A stretch of DNA of 64,000 nucleotides, from assembly GCA_965262715.1 (NCBI GenBank), contig OZ253553.1:192001-256000 (forward strand), written 5' to 3'. The position numbers were made by a program, and so were the translations under genes. This document shows positions 38,588-49,007 of this stretch, piece after piece (position 1 is the stretch's first letter; each line of letters opens with the position of its first letter). This stretch comes from Bdellovibrionales bacterium (GTDB lineage: Bacteria > Bdellovibrionota > Bdellovibrionia > Bdellovibrionales > JAUICD01). The notes below the pieces were generated by a model. The model was given only the letters and a program-made list of their open reading frames with translations, was not told where the DNA came from and did no database searches.

Positions 38588-40027
38588 CTATTGAATATCT
38601 AAAAAGATCAAACTGATTTTTCCCTTATTAAAAACCCTCAAAATATTTTGACCTCGCTTTAAATTGCTAAAAACAGACCTTGCAAGCGCAGTTGCAGGTT
38701 TTCTATTGACATCCAAGATAAGGTCTCCTTTGCGCATACCCCCTTTCCAAGCAATACCATCATAAGTCACATGACTGACAATAGGTCTTTGAAAAGGAGG
38801 ATTAATGATCCCATACTCTCTAGCTAAACCTTCACTAAAGTTTGAGAGCATAAACCCTAATTGGTGAGGAGCTTCTAATCCTTTTTTTGATTTCTGATCC
38901 GTCTTAGAAGCATGTCTTGGCTCTTGAGAATTTGTGCCTACTCTCACTCTTAGTGATTGCCTTTTACCTTGCCGAATCAATTGAATGGTCGCAGCTTTTC
39001 CTACATCATAATCTTTCACAGCGTTGATCAAATCATTAGGAGCCTTAATCTCTGTTTGATTGAATTTCTTAATGACATCGTAAGTCTGAACCCCAGCTTT
39101 ATCAGCTGGGCTATCCTTGTATATCTCCAAAACTAAGGCCCCATTTTGATCCGAAAGGTTAAGTGCCTGCATAGCTCTTCTACTAATTGTATCAATACCC
39201 ACCCCAAGATAGCCGTGCTCAATATAACCCAATTTTTCTAGTTGAGGCTTGATCTCTTTGATCACATTAATAGGAATAGCAAAGCCAATACCTTGTGCCC
39301 TTGCATCAATAGCTGTATTAACCCCAATAACCTCCCCTTGCATATTAACAAGAGGACCTCCTGAGTTGCCTGGATTAATGCTTGCATCTGTTTGCAAAAA
39401 AGCAGCAGGGCCTAAGGAATCAATATGTCTTTGTTTTGCAGAAATAATACCCTTACTCACACTGAAACTATGACCAAAAGGATTGCCAAAAGCTGCGACC
39501 CACTCTCCAACCTGAACCTTATCACTATCACCAAGCTTAGCATATTTTAGGTTTGGAGGTAACTTACCTTCGATTTTAATAAGAGCTATGTCAAATCGAG
39601 AATCATCACCAATCACTTTTGTAGGGTAATGCTTTTCCTCACCTATGAGCTGCACTTCAGGCATTTTAGCAGCCCTGATGACATGGCTGTTTGTTAAAAT
39701 TAAACCAGAGTTATCAATAATGAAGCCTGTACCTATAATGTGCCTTTCTGTGGGTTGTTTCTTTTGAGGTTGTTGTCTTTGATTGAAACCATAAAACTCC
39801 AATAAGTGTTCGAAAAAAGGATTAACATACTGAGGACGAGTTGTTGTAGAAATGTTTACAACCGTAGGATTGATCTTTTTTGCAAGCTCTATAAATTGAT
39901 TGGCAGGCAGTGGAGCACCTAACTTCATCTGATAGCTGTTGTCTTTTGCTAATGTGTATGTCGAGGTTTGAAGTGAACACAATACTACAAAAAATATAAA
40001 ATTTATAATTACAATAAAATGTTTCAG
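38588..40027 (-). CDS. DegP/HtrA serine protease with two PDZ domains; proposed CTG start
   Basis: GTGFII, TNSHV, QTDASINPGNSGGPL; the upstream in-frame extension gives a signal peptide. Confidence 0.92.
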   Translation of the reverse strand: MKHFIVIINFIFFVVLCSLQTSTYTLAKDNSYQMKLGAPLPANQFIELAKKINPTVVNISTTTRPQYVNPFFEHLLEFYGFNQRQQPQKKQPTERHIIGTGFIIDNSGLILTNSHVIRAAKMPEVQLIGEEKHYPTKVIGDDSRFDIALIKIEGKLPPNLKYAKLGDSDKVQVGEWVAAFGNPFGHSFSVSKGIISAKQRHIDSLGPAAFLQTDASINPGNSGGPLVNMQGEVIGVNTAIDARAQGIGFAIPINVIKEIKPQLEKLGYIEHGYLGVGIDTISRRAMQALNLSDQNGALVLEIYKDSPADKAGVQTYDVIKKFNQTEIKAPNDLINAVKDYDVGKAATIQLIRQGKRQSLRVRVGTNSQEPRHASKTDQKSKKGLEAPHQLGFMLSNFSEGLAREYGIINPPFQRPIVSHVTYDGIAWKGGMRKGDLILDVNRKPATALARSVFSNLKRGQNILRVFNKGKISLIFLDIQ

Positions 40028-40047
40028 TTTACACCTCCTATATGCTT

Positions 40048-40518
40048 TTAATGAATTTCTACATATCTTATTTGTAGATCAGATATGATAGCATCAAGTA
40101 ATTTTTGTTCGTCTGAACTTAAATTCCCTTCTGTCTTTTTCTTCAGCATAATCAGCATATCAATATTGAACTTAGCCATTGGCTTATCTATTTTAGACTC
40201 CTTAATGTCTTGTGAAGGGTCTATTGCTAAGCCTAAAGCAATGAGAGCTGCAGAGCTTAAAGACAAAACAAGTGTGGACACTGTAGGTTCTAAAGTCACC
40301 CCTTGTGTATTTGCGCTAGATGTATCTGATGAGCTTGTATCTGATACCTTTTTATCTGCGATCTCATCTGATTTGTTATTTTCTTCATTTTTTTGCGTAT
40401 CAGTAGTTTGTGCGCCAGAAGAAGCCTCACCACTTTTAGCTAAGCGTTCCTTCAAATGGCTGCCTAAATTCATATTATCAAAGCTATCAGTATTTTTGCT
40501 GTCTGTTGTATTTGTCAT
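40048..40518 (-). CDS. DUF1844-like protein
   Basis: LSLSSAALIALG..AKFNIDML.ML..KTEGNL..E..LL pattern. Confidence 0.75.
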   Translation of the reverse strand: MTNTTDSKNTDSFDNMNLGSHLKERLAKSGEASSGAQTTDTQKNEENNKSDEIADKKVSDTSSSDTSSANTQGVTLEPTVSTLVLSLSSAALIALGLAIDPSQDIKESKIDKPMAKFNIDMLIMLKKKTEGNLSSDEQKLLDAIISDLQIRYVEIH

Positions 40519-40808
40519 GATAGTTCTATGACTCCTTCTTAAATTTAATTCATCTGGCTGTTATAAATTTCCATAAATATATACCTACCAAGTGCACTTG
40601 TCAATTATATCTCAAAGTAGAAAGAGTTTGTTGGAAATTTTACATGGTCTACTTAAAATATATAAAAAAATTACAGAAACTATAGATTAAGAGCCTATAG
40701 ACTCTTTATATGACCTTTTTTGGAACAATATTAATCAATGATTGATAAAGGATTGAGATGTCAAATAACCTTTTTCTGGGAAATTAATTCTATAAGTAGT
40801 ACATATAG

Positions 40809-41624
40809 TTATAAAGGATATCTGTTGATGAGTTTACGAATACGGCTTTCTACACTGGGCACAAAATAATGTATGAATAAATCCTTTTTAAGAGGGTTTA
40901 CAATAAATAAATGAGCCATTGCCAAAGGGACCTCAATTGGTTGAGTTTGACAGTAAGATTCTAGTTTCCACAGAGCTTGCGTTAAATGTTCAGGATTTCC
41001 AGAAATAGATACTGCAAATTGGTCTGCTTCATAGTCACTTTTTGGACGGACAATCAATCTTAAACAAATCAACGCTATTGGTATAAAAGGATATATAAAA
41101 AAATGTACTTTTTGTGCTTTCCAACCTATTTTTTTTAAAATAAAAGTCATCGCCCTATCTGCTATATCACCCCCAAAAAGACAAAAATTTATTACAGCAC
41201 TACCCACTCCAAAAGATAATGTGTCCTTTTTAATGTGAAATATCTCATGAGCTAATACTGATTTTAATTCCTCTTGTGTTAAAATCTCAATAAGGCTCTT
41301 AGAAATTATAATAGATCTATAAAGTATTCCTATAGAAAAAACAGTTGGTGCATTCAAAGAACTCATAAAAACTTGAGGTGTAGAAATTCCAGCCTGCTTA
41401 GCTAAATGATTAACGGTCTGGGAAATCTTCCAGGGATCTAAACCTTCAATCTGATGATCAGAAAAAGCCTTGTATAACACCCGATCAATATAAAAATAAA
41501 TATATAAACTCCACAAAATCACTATAACAAAAGCTATCAATAAACCCCAACGATCATAAGAGTTATAACCAACTACAAAAACCAAACAAAATGTAAAACC
41601 TAAAAACAAAAACACCCGTAACAT
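40809..41624 (-). CDS. HtpX-like M48 metalloprotease
   Basis: AHEIFH, EADQFA, ALWKL, AHLFIVNP. Confidence 0.82.
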   Translation of the reverse strand: MLRVFLFLGFTFCLVFVVGYNSYDRWGLLIAFVIVILWSLYIYFYIDRVLYKAFSDHQIEGLDPWKISQTVNHLAKQAGISTPQVFMSSLNAPTVFSIGILYRSIIISKSLIEILTQEELKSVLAHEIFHIKKDTLSFGVGSAVINFCLFGGDIADRAMTFILKKIGWKAQKVHFFIYPFIPIALICLRLIVRPKSDYEADQFAVSISGNPEHLTQALWKLESYCQTQPIEVPLAMAHLFIVNPLKKDLFIHYFVPSVESRIRKLINRYPL

Positions 41625-41783
41625 TGATGCGTACCCCTTAGAATTATGTTTTCCAGAAAAAGGTGATTCTATAATAAACTCTATAATAGAAATAAATCAA
41701 AATAAACTAATGATTTAGTTTTGACGGGTTGTTATGGATAGCTTAAAGTGGATAAAATTAAGATCATTTTGAAAAAAACTATT

Positions 41784-42605
41784 TCAATTAGTTTTGGTGA
41801 CTCTTCTAGAAGAATAAAGCAGCGATAACTTTTTTATAAATTGATTCCATTTAATTTGAACCTTTACTGCAATCATATATCCAATAGATATAGTCCAAAT
41901 GCAAAGAAGTCCAACAAAAGCGAGAAGTGCTGTTTTAAGTATTGTTCCCATTATAACGGTGTTTATAAAATCAAAAAATAAAAAACCAGGGAAATCAGTA
42001 ATTCTTAGTGTTTGAGAGGTTTGTGTAATAAATGCCATTGATAACTGGATTGGGAATAAAATAACTGATGAAAGCTGCGCTACACCATCATCTTTAATAA
42101 ATATAATAAATAGAGATAGAAGTAAAAGAAATGTAAAGCCAGAGAAGACCAATATAAAGAAATTATAATGTGAAGCATCGTTTTTCCATCCTTCAAATAC
42201 GTTTTTTATATATTCTCGTCTATTCATTTTTTCCTGTTCTTTCAGGTTTTTGGCAATCTTAAAAATATAAATCTGTCCTTCTAACATTGAAATTAGCATA
42301 GCAGGTAATAATAAAGCTAGAGAAGAGATAAAGATAGCAAGATCTACTTTTATAAATGCTGGCAAGAAAAATAGAGTGCTATATGAAAATAAGGTGATAG
42401 CAGAAGTAACATTACAGATCAGAATCCATCTTTTGGTGCATTTAATGATTTCTTTGCGAATTTGATCAACTTTCTCTTCAGATTCAATAAGGAATCCTCT
42501 AATTCCGTAAGGATAAAATCGCGTTTTACCATGGGTATCTTTTTTAAAATAGGAGTTAGCTAAACTTTCAACAAGATATCCCATATTTCCCCTACATCCC
42601 TTCAT
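41784..42605 (-). CDS. Hypothetical polytopic membrane protein (start may be ATG near 42584)
   Basis: Multiple hydrophobic segments. Confidence 0.65.
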   Translation of the reverse strand: MKGCRGNMGYLVESLANSYFKKDTHGKTRFYPYGIRGFLIESEEKVDQIRKEIIKCTKRWILICNVTSAITLFSYSTLFFLPAFIKVDLAIFISSLALLLPAMLISMLEGQIYIFKIAKNLKEQEKMNRREYIKNVFEGWKNDASHYNFFILVFSGFTFLLLLSLFIIFIKDDGVAQLSSVILFPIQLSMAFITQTSQTLRITDFPGFLFFDFINTVIMGTILKTALLAFVGLLCIWTISIGYMIAVKVQIKWNQFIKKLSLLYSSRRVTKTN

Positions 42606-42779
42606 CTTATGATTCTATAAAAAGATAGTAGATCAATTCTTGTGCCAAACCTATAAGCTGTTAAACAATGTAGATGAAAATACTTCAGATAGGTTTTAGA
42701 ATAACAGAAAGGAAAGTTTTATAGAGATTTCTATATATGAAACGAATAGTATTTTGACATATTGTTTATTATATGTGCA

Positions 42780-42915
42780 TTCCGGGATATGGCAGGCTGG
42801 CAACTGCTTCCGGTTTGCCGGACTGCCCGATTGCCATATCCCGGAAAATGAAACTTACTATTTTAATTCTTAATATATTTTGTATAATACAAAAACTTAT
42901 TTTTGAGACAGCTTC
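42780..42915. repeat. Family B GC-rich palindrome plus MITE-type right end
   Basis: Perfect inverted repeat TTCCGGGATATGGCA/TGCCATATCCCGGAA (42780-42846); end AATACAAAAACTTATTTTTGAGACAGCTTCT. Confidence 0.7.
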
Positions 42916-43028
42916 TGTGTATGTGGAGGATTCAAGTAAAGCATACAACTCTAATTGTTTGAAGAGGTTATGCTTTAAAACTTATTTAAACAATGACGTG
43001 ATTGTCTCTATTTTTTATAAGATTCTAT

Positions 43029-43976
43029 TTATGGTCTTACATTATCTGTTGACTCTGAATCTTGAAAGTCCTCTTCAGCATTGTCTGAAAGTTGTTGACT
43101 TGGCCACCACTCTAAAAATTGCATAAAAGTATCATATTCAGCTCCAGGAGCAAGCTCAACCATTCGAAGAAAAGGAGTCCAGCCGTTGTGATCTGCTGCA
43201 TGTATATCAGCTCCATGTTGTATTAAAAGAAAAACAATGTGCAACTTTATTTCATCAAAAGTGAATGTGGGGTTAGTAGCAAGATGAAGAGGAGTTCTGC
43301 CTAGATCATCTACTCCATTTATATCTATTCCTGCTTCCAGTAATATAGAAGCTACCTCAAATGGGAGCGACCTTCTTTGAGTAGCATTGTGTAAACTTTC
43401 ATTAGCTATTGTTATATCAGCTCCACTTTCGAGTAAATGAGAGACAACTGCAGGTGTTGAGTTAAGGGAAGCAAGATCAAGAGGAACTTGTCCGTCGTTA
43501 TTTCTGGCGTTTATATCGACTCCTGTTTGAAGTAAAGAATCAATAATAGCAATTAGCTCTCTTGACCGGATAGATTGGTTGCTAAAGATAGAGTGTAGAA
43601 GTGTATTTCCAGAGTCATCTGTCGCATGCACATTTGCTCCTGCTTGAATCAACATAGAGATGATTTCTTGACATGTCTGATATTGATCTCTTATTATATT
43701 ACGGTTTAAATTGCTACATGTTACATGAAGTGGAGTATTAAGATTTCTATCTGGTTTATCTATTGCTGATGGAAATCTGGCAATGAATTCACGAACATCT
43801 TGTATTCCTCCTCTACTTACAGCATCATGAATGTCAATTTCGCTTGTAGTACTTTCTGTTGTTTGATTATTTTGAGCATAAAGAGGATAAGAGTGTAGTA
43901 GGTAAAGTAAAGTAAAAAAAGATATAAATAATGTTGCTCTCATAATAAGGGTCTCTCTTTCATTTTTCATAATCAT
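43029..43976 (-). CDS. Secreted ankyrin-repeat protein
   Basis: Signal peptide ..LYA; NTPLH, GNTLLH, GRTPLHLA, GADIHA repeats. Confidence 0.9.
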   Translation of the reverse strand: MIMKNERETLIMRATLFISFFTLLYLLHSYPLYAQNNQTTESTTSEIDIHDAVSRGGIQDVREFIARFPSAIDKPDRNLNTPLHVTCSNLNRNIIRDQYQTCQEIISMLIQAGANVHATDDSGNTLLHSIFSNQSIRSRELIAIIDSLLQTGVDINARNNDGQVPLDLASLNSTPAVVSHLLESGADITIANESLHNATQRRSLPFEVASILLEAGIDINGVDDLGRTPLHLATNPTFTFDEIKLHIVFLLIQHGADIHAADHNGWTPFLRMVELAPGAEYDTFMQFLEWWPSQQLSDNAEEDFQDSESTDNVRP

Positions 43977-44170
43977 ACTTAATGATCCCTTATACTTTAT
44001 TAATAAATCTCAGTCAAGAATAAAATAAATAGGTATAGCTGTAGAAAAACACTCTTGTCAACTCTTCATAGTAAGAAAAAACTTATAAGGTAAAATATAC
44101 AAGGTGCATAAATATAAACTGTTCAATAGTAGAAGCCATAGATTTAACTTCTTATTTTATCATGTTGCTT

Positions 44171-45466
44171 CTACAGATCTTCATAGCCGCCAAAGAGTTG
44201 TGCTTGAGCATCTAACAAAAAATTGCCTTCTATAACAACATCTTCACCTTCTGTTAAACCAGATTTGATCTCGACATATCCTTCAGATTCGTGGCCTGTA
44301 TAAACAATCTTAGATTGAAAGACACTGTTACTAATTTTAACCCAAGCAACCTTCCTCTTTCCTGTATCAATGATAGCTGTGCGAGGTACAACTAGAGAAG
44401 TGTCTGGGAATTCCACATTTAAAGTGGCATCAGCGACCATACCTGGTTTAAGTTTTCCATCTACGTTTGAAATAGTTGTTCTTATTTTTAGCGTGTGTGA
44501 ATCCGCATCTAAAATAGGTGCTATAAAGTCAACCTTTCCAGATAAAACATCACCTGGCAATGCTGTAAATTGCAATCGCACCTCTTGGTCTAACTGTACT
44601 AAGCCGGCATCATGTTCATAAACATCCATTTCAATCCAAACATTTTTTAAATCAGAAAGCTCAAAGAAATGCTGTCCCTCTTTAAAATATTTACCAACAG
44701 AGGCATTTCTTTTACGCACGGTCCCTCTAGCAGAAGAATAAATTGTGATTTTTTGAGGTACTAATCCTTTTTCAAACCAAGATTCATATTGAAATTTTTT
44801 AATCCCCCATGTTCTTAAGCGTTCTTCACTTTGTTTCCAATGGCTTTTAAATTCTTCTGTAGGAGAATCTTGATAACTTTTTCTTGCAATCAGATATTCC
44901 TGGCCAGAAGTGATCAGTTGAGGGCTGTAAAAATCAATCACAGGATTCCCAACTTGTATAAAGCTTCCTGTTGATTCAACATAAACCTTTTCAACACGGC
45001 CATCTATCCTTGCAGAAACATAGCTCTCCCTGTCTTCTGATGCTAAAACAGAACCTAATAACCGTATGTTTTTCTGCAATCTCATTTTTTTGACAGAAAA
45101 GAACTCAGGTTTAAAATGAGATAGTTGAGACTTTTTAAGCTTAACCCTTCCAACAACATCCCCTACTTGAGCTTTTGAAGGTGTGTGAGTCTTAAGTGTT
45201 TCATGCACATGAGATTCTATATTTTCTTCTTGTTCTATTTCGATAAGGTTCATATTGCAGATAGGACACTTACCAGGATTTTCCTGTTTTACTGTCGGGT
45301 GCATAGGACATGTATAATATTTTTGGGCTTGCGCAACCTTTTGAGTATCTTTTGTTGATTTTGAGGTGCTATTATTATATGACTGCTGCTCTGCTTTTTC
45401 ACATCCAAAAAGAAATACAAATAGGACTGCCCAGTACAAATATCCTTTGTGTTGATCAGTTTTCAA
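44171..45466 (-). CDS. CusB-like heavy-metal RND periplasmic adaptor
   Basis: YTCPMHP..GKCPICNMNL, YSPQL, LKPGM, GNFLLD. Confidence 0.88.
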   Translation of the reverse strand: MKTDQHKGYLYWAVLFVFLFGCEKAEQQSYNNSTSKSTKDTQKVAQAQKYYTCPMHPTVKQENPGKCPICNMNLIEIEQEENIESHVHETLKTHTPSKAQVGDVVGRVKLKKSQLSHFKPEFFSVKKMRLQKNIRLLGSVLASEDRESYVSARIDGRVEKVYVESTGSFIQVGNPVIDFYSPQLITSGQEYLIARKSYQDSPTEEFKSHWKQSEERLRTWGIKKFQYESWFEKGLVPQKITIYSSARGTVRKRNASVGKYFKEGQHFFELSDLKNVWIEMDVYEHDAGLVQLDQEVRLQFTALPGDVLSGKVDFIAPILDADSHTLKIRTTISNVDGKLKPGMVADATLNVEFPDTSLVVPRTAIIDTGKRKVAWVKISNSVFQSKIVYTGHESEGYVEIKSGLTEGEDVVIEGNFLLDAQAQLFGGYEDL

Positions 45467-46697
45467 TATTTCCTCCGATAAGATGATCTCCTACTAAATA
45501 TTTATGAGATATTTGACTTTTTGCCAATTCAGATTTTATCAAGCTGCGCTTAATGAGTAAATCTTGAAGCTGCAATTCTGATTGCAATAAAGCTTGATAA
45601 TTGGATCTGCCAAAACTGTAAGACTTAGATGTGATAGCTTTAGCATTTTTAGCAAAAGCAATAGCTTGTTGATCAATAATCTGTAGTTGAGATTGACTTT
45701 TTTTAATATTATGTGTAAATGTTTGCTTTTGATATTCCTTTGATCTCTTATATTCAAGAAGATCTTCAACACCTTGCTCCTTTTCAAAAACTGCACTTCT
45801 AGTAGAGGCATACTTTTTTCTAGATAATGGTAAGGGTAGTGAAACTCCAGCTGATAAAAAACCTTCCTCGTGTTTTAACATCCGAGTGTAACTTAAAGAA
45901 AATGTAAGATCTGGAATATAAGCAAAGCGCGCAGCTTTCAAACGCAGCTGTTTAGCCTTCAGTTGAGCCTCTAAAGCCATCAATTTAAGATCTTTTAAGT
46001 TTTGACTGGAGTGCGTTTTTAGAAAACCCCAAGGTATAGAGGCAAAATCTAATGAGCCTTCAAGATCAATAAGGTATTTTAATTGTTCTTTTTGTTTTTT
46101 AAGTTCAAAGTTTTTGCTCTCTAGATGAGATTCAATTTCAGATTTTCTAATTTGTACATTTAAAAGAACTTGTTGAGAAATACTGCCGTTAGTATAAAGT
46201 TTTTTGGAAATAGCTATGTTTCTTACAGTCCAACCTAGGTTTTCTTTTAAAATGGCAAGCTCTTCATTGATATGTCGAGTGACAATTAAATTGATCCATA
46301 AGTCTCTTATAAGTTGTCTCTTATGATCTTGCGCAAAATATTTTTTAGCATTTGCAAGCTCTTCAAAAGATTTTCTAAGTGTTCCATAAGTAGGTGTTAA
46401 AGCTACTTTTTGAGAGATCTGAAAATCTATACTCTGCATTACAAAAGGATCCCCTGCATGATTAGAAATTTCATTTCCTGTAAAGTTCCTTCCAGAAACT
46501 TTTAAAATAGGGTCGCCCCATGACCCTGCCTCTCGTCCTCTTTGTTTTAAAGAAAAAGATTGTTTTTCAATAGATTGAATCAATGGGTGATTGTCTAAAT
46601 TCATAATGGCTTTATCAAATGTGTAAGATAAGGCAGGGTTACTAATAAGTAAAAATGATAAAAACATAAGAATATTTAGACGAATAAGATTTCTCAT
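45456..46697 (-). CDS. TolC/CusC-family outer membrane factor
   Basis: Signal peptide, coiled coils, YIPDLTFSLSY..GVSLPLPL; overlaps the adaptor start. Confidence 0.8.
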   Translation of the reverse strand: MRNLIRLNILMFLSFLLISNPALSYTFDKAIMNLDNHPLIQSIEKQSFSLKQRGREAGSWGDPILKVSGRNFTGNEISNHAGDPFVMQSIDFQISQKVALTPTYGTLRKSFEELANAKKYFAQDHKRQLIRDLWINLIVTRHINEELAILKENLGWTVRNIAISKKLYTNGSISQQVLLNVQIRKSEIESHLESKNFELKKQKEQLKYLIDLEGSLDFASIPWGFLKTHSSQNLKDLKLMALEAQLKAKQLRLKAARFAYIPDLTFSLSYTRMLKHEEGFLSAGVSLPLPLSRKKYASTRSAVFEKEQGVEDLLEYKRSKEYQKQTFTHNIKKSQSQLQIIDQQAIAFAKNAKAITSKSYSFGRSNYQALLQSELQLQDLLIKRSLIKSELAKSQISHKYLVGDHLIGGNIEN

Positions 46698-46760
46698 ATA
46701 TTTATAAATACCATCTATTACTACTTTTTTAAAGCAAGATCCTGTTTGTTTAAATCTATT

Positions 46761-47001
46761 TAGAACTCATCTCAAAATTAATTCTAATATCCACGTTTTC
46801 AAAACAATCTCTTAACTTAAGTACCATATAAAAGGACTGTTTCACTCAAAATGGACCCTTCTGGCTTTCCGTAGGGCCACTATCGTGGCTCTCGTCAAGT
46901 CTGTCCATTTTGAGTAAGAAGCCATCTTTAGTTATATTATGTTTTGTATTTTGCAATTTCGTATTATTTACTGCTATCCTGTATTTTTGAGATGGCTTCT
47001 A
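46761..47001. mobile_element. MITE-like element (241 bp) with nested divergent family A copy (46837-46915)
   Basis: Terminal inverted repeats TAGAACTCATCTCAAAA / TTTTGAGATGGCTTCTA (15 of 17 match). Confidence 0.7.
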
Positions 47002-47123
47002 ATAAGGACTTTCTGCTTTGAAGTCGATTATAGCTATGCCTGTATATCTATTTATCGTCAATAACAGCAATTGGTCTTGTTATGAGTATTCATCTCAATG
47101 TATTTGTAAAATGCCCATTTTTT

Positions 47124-47915
47124 TTAGGATAAAGGCAAAGTATCCACCCACTCCTTGTATTTCTCGTAAAGGTCCTTAGATGAAATAGAAGAGTGCACAG
47201 GTCCAATATGCAGTGTGATCTTTCCTCCAGGAGGTGGAAATATCCTACCTTTAGGCCATAAATCAAAAGTACCTTCTAAAAAAAGGAAGAGAATAGGGAT
47301 CTTTGTCTTCTCAGCAAGTAGAGTGACCCCTCTTTTAAATGGTTTGAGGGTTCCATCTTGAGATCGTGTACCTTCTGGAAATATCACAAGCCAAATCTTG
47401 TTTAATTTTTCAATAAGATTTGCACAAAGTGTTAAAGATTCTCGAATGCCATAAGATCTTTCAATAGGAACAGCTCTTAAGCAATGCTGAGCAAAAAATC
47501 TTATAAGTATATTAGAAAAAAAGTAATCTTTTGCAGCTGTAATATAGAGATGTTGCCAGTGAAAAAGTGGTATGGAAGAGGCTATACTGATGGCATCAAG
47601 ATGACTTGAATGATTGGAAATTAGCAATAACTTAGGATATTTTGAAATTAGAGAATTAAAATCACCCCCTTTAATGATAATTTTAAGGTAAAACTTAAAG
47701 AACAGTCTTTTTAAAATCAGTGACCACACTAAACGTATAAGTAAGCTAAATAGATCAAAATGTCTTGTGATCAAAGGTAAATGATGTATGTGATCAGGAA
47801 GTGGTTTCTGGTCGTTCTTGTGCCACCATTTCCTAAAAATACGTTTTTTTCTCGTTTGTTTAGCTTTTTTAACTGCACTCATCTTTAGAAATTTATCTTT
47901 TGTGGTTTTTGTCAA
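47124..47915 (-). CDS. PlsC-family lysophospholipid acyltransferase
   Basis: NHSSHLD, FPEGTRS, FKRG. Confidence 0.88.
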   Translation of the reverse strand: MTKTTKDKFLKMSAVKKAKQTRKKRIFRKWWHKNDQKPLPDHIHHLPLITRHFDLFSLLIRLVWSLILKRLFFKFYLKIIIKGGDFNSLISKYPKLLLISNHSSHLDAISIASSIPLFHWQHLYITAAKDYFFSNILIRFFAQHCLRAVPIERSYGIRESLTLCANLIEKLNKIWLVIFPEGTRSQDGTLKPFKRGVTLLAEKTKIPILFLFLEGTFDLWPKGRIFPPPGGKITLHIGPVHSSISSKDLYEKYKEWVDTLPLS

Positions 47916-48679
47916 TTTTTGCTTAAGCTAAGAAATAGCCCCTTCAAAACTAAGTCAGGGTCTATACTGTGAAAAATTGATTGATCATCAAAAAGTCTTG
48001 AAAGCCCACCTGTTCCAATTACAACTGGAGGGTCTTTATAAAAAACCTCTTTAGTGATCTTTTCAACAACTCCTTTAATCATACTTAAGGTTCCGTAATA
48101 AAGTCCAGATTGGATGCTCTCTACTGTAGAACGTCCTATGATGGATTGAGGGTGGACGATTTCTACTTTTGGTAGTTTTGCTGTATTTTGCTCCAATGCC
48201 TTCATAGAAATCTGTATACCAGCAGAGATAGCTCCACCTAAATATTCATGGGTTTTGGATATAGCGCAAAAAGTAGTAGCTGTACCAAAGTCAATGATAA
48301 TAACATTTTTATCAGGGTATAAGTAAGTAGCTGCAATGCTATTGGCAATTCTGTCAGACCCTACGTCAACAGGATTGTAATATTTGATTTTAATGCCACT
48401 TTTCATCCCCGGCTGTAAAATAAATGGATCTTTCTTAAAGTATTTTCTACAGCAATTTGTTAAGGAATGTAATATATCTGGTACAACAGAACAACATGAA
48501 ATATTTTGTATCTGATCAGGGTCTATAAGATTTTCCCTTAAAACCCCTCTTAAAAACAAGCCTAATTCATCAGATGAACTACTATTTGAAGTGCTTCTTC
48601 GAAATCTTAGCTTTAAATTTCCATCCTTAAATATTCCACCTAAGATTTGAGAATTTCCAACATCAAGACATAAAATCAA
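47912..48679 (-). CDS. coaX: Type III pantothenate kinase
   Basis: LDVGNS, VGSDR, IIDFGTATT, GTGG. Confidence 0.95.
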   Translation of the reverse strand: MILCLDVGNSQILGGIFKDGNLKLRFRRSTSNSSSSDELGLFLRGVLRENLIDPDQIQNISCCSVVPDILHSLTNCCRKYFKKDPFILQPGMKSGIKIKYYNPVDVGSDRIANSIAATYLYPDKNVIIIDFGTATTFCAISKTHEYLGGAISAGIQISMKALEQNTAKLPKVEIVHPQSIIGRSTVESIQSGLYYGTLSMIKGVVEKITKEVFYKDPPVVIGTGGLSRLFDDQSIFHSIDPDLVLKGLFLSLSKN

Positions 48680-48768
48680 AAGATGCCTCCATTAAGTTTC
48701 ATAAATTTTATTACATACTTACGCCCAATGAAAAATATCTTACATTCTTTCTAGTGAAATTGGCAAGA

Positions 48769-48922
48769 CTGTTTCCCTAAAAATGCCTCTCGCCTCTGGC
48801 GACTTTCTGTCATTGCCCCCAGACGTGCTCACGCCGTCTGGCAAATAGGGCAATGCCTAGAAAGCCTGAGGCATTTTTAGGAGGGAGACTCCCTTCGTTC
48901 TTTGACATCATGTTAAGGAAAC
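48769..48922 (+). repeat. Family A branched-hairpin repeat (most complete copy)
   Basis: CCTAAAAATGCCTC/GAGGCATTTTTAGG outer stem; TCGCCTCTGGCGA; CATTGCCC/GGGCAATG; CAGACG/CGTCTG; CAAATA. Confidence 0.92.
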
Positions 48923-49007
48923 TTTTTTCTTATCTTGTCCTTCTCTCTTACAAATCATAGCCTTTTTAAAGATTTTTCTTTGTTTTTCTAAAAAACAATA
49001 TACCATC

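Noticed and set aside
42632..42648. Sigma-54-like promoter TTGGCACAAGAATTGAT on the minus strand
   Set aside because: The -12 element is TTGA rather than TTGC; not supportable without TSS data
42773..43126. 117-aa ORF
   Set aside because: Translates a GC-rich palindrome and MITE end, then runs antisense into the ankyrin gene
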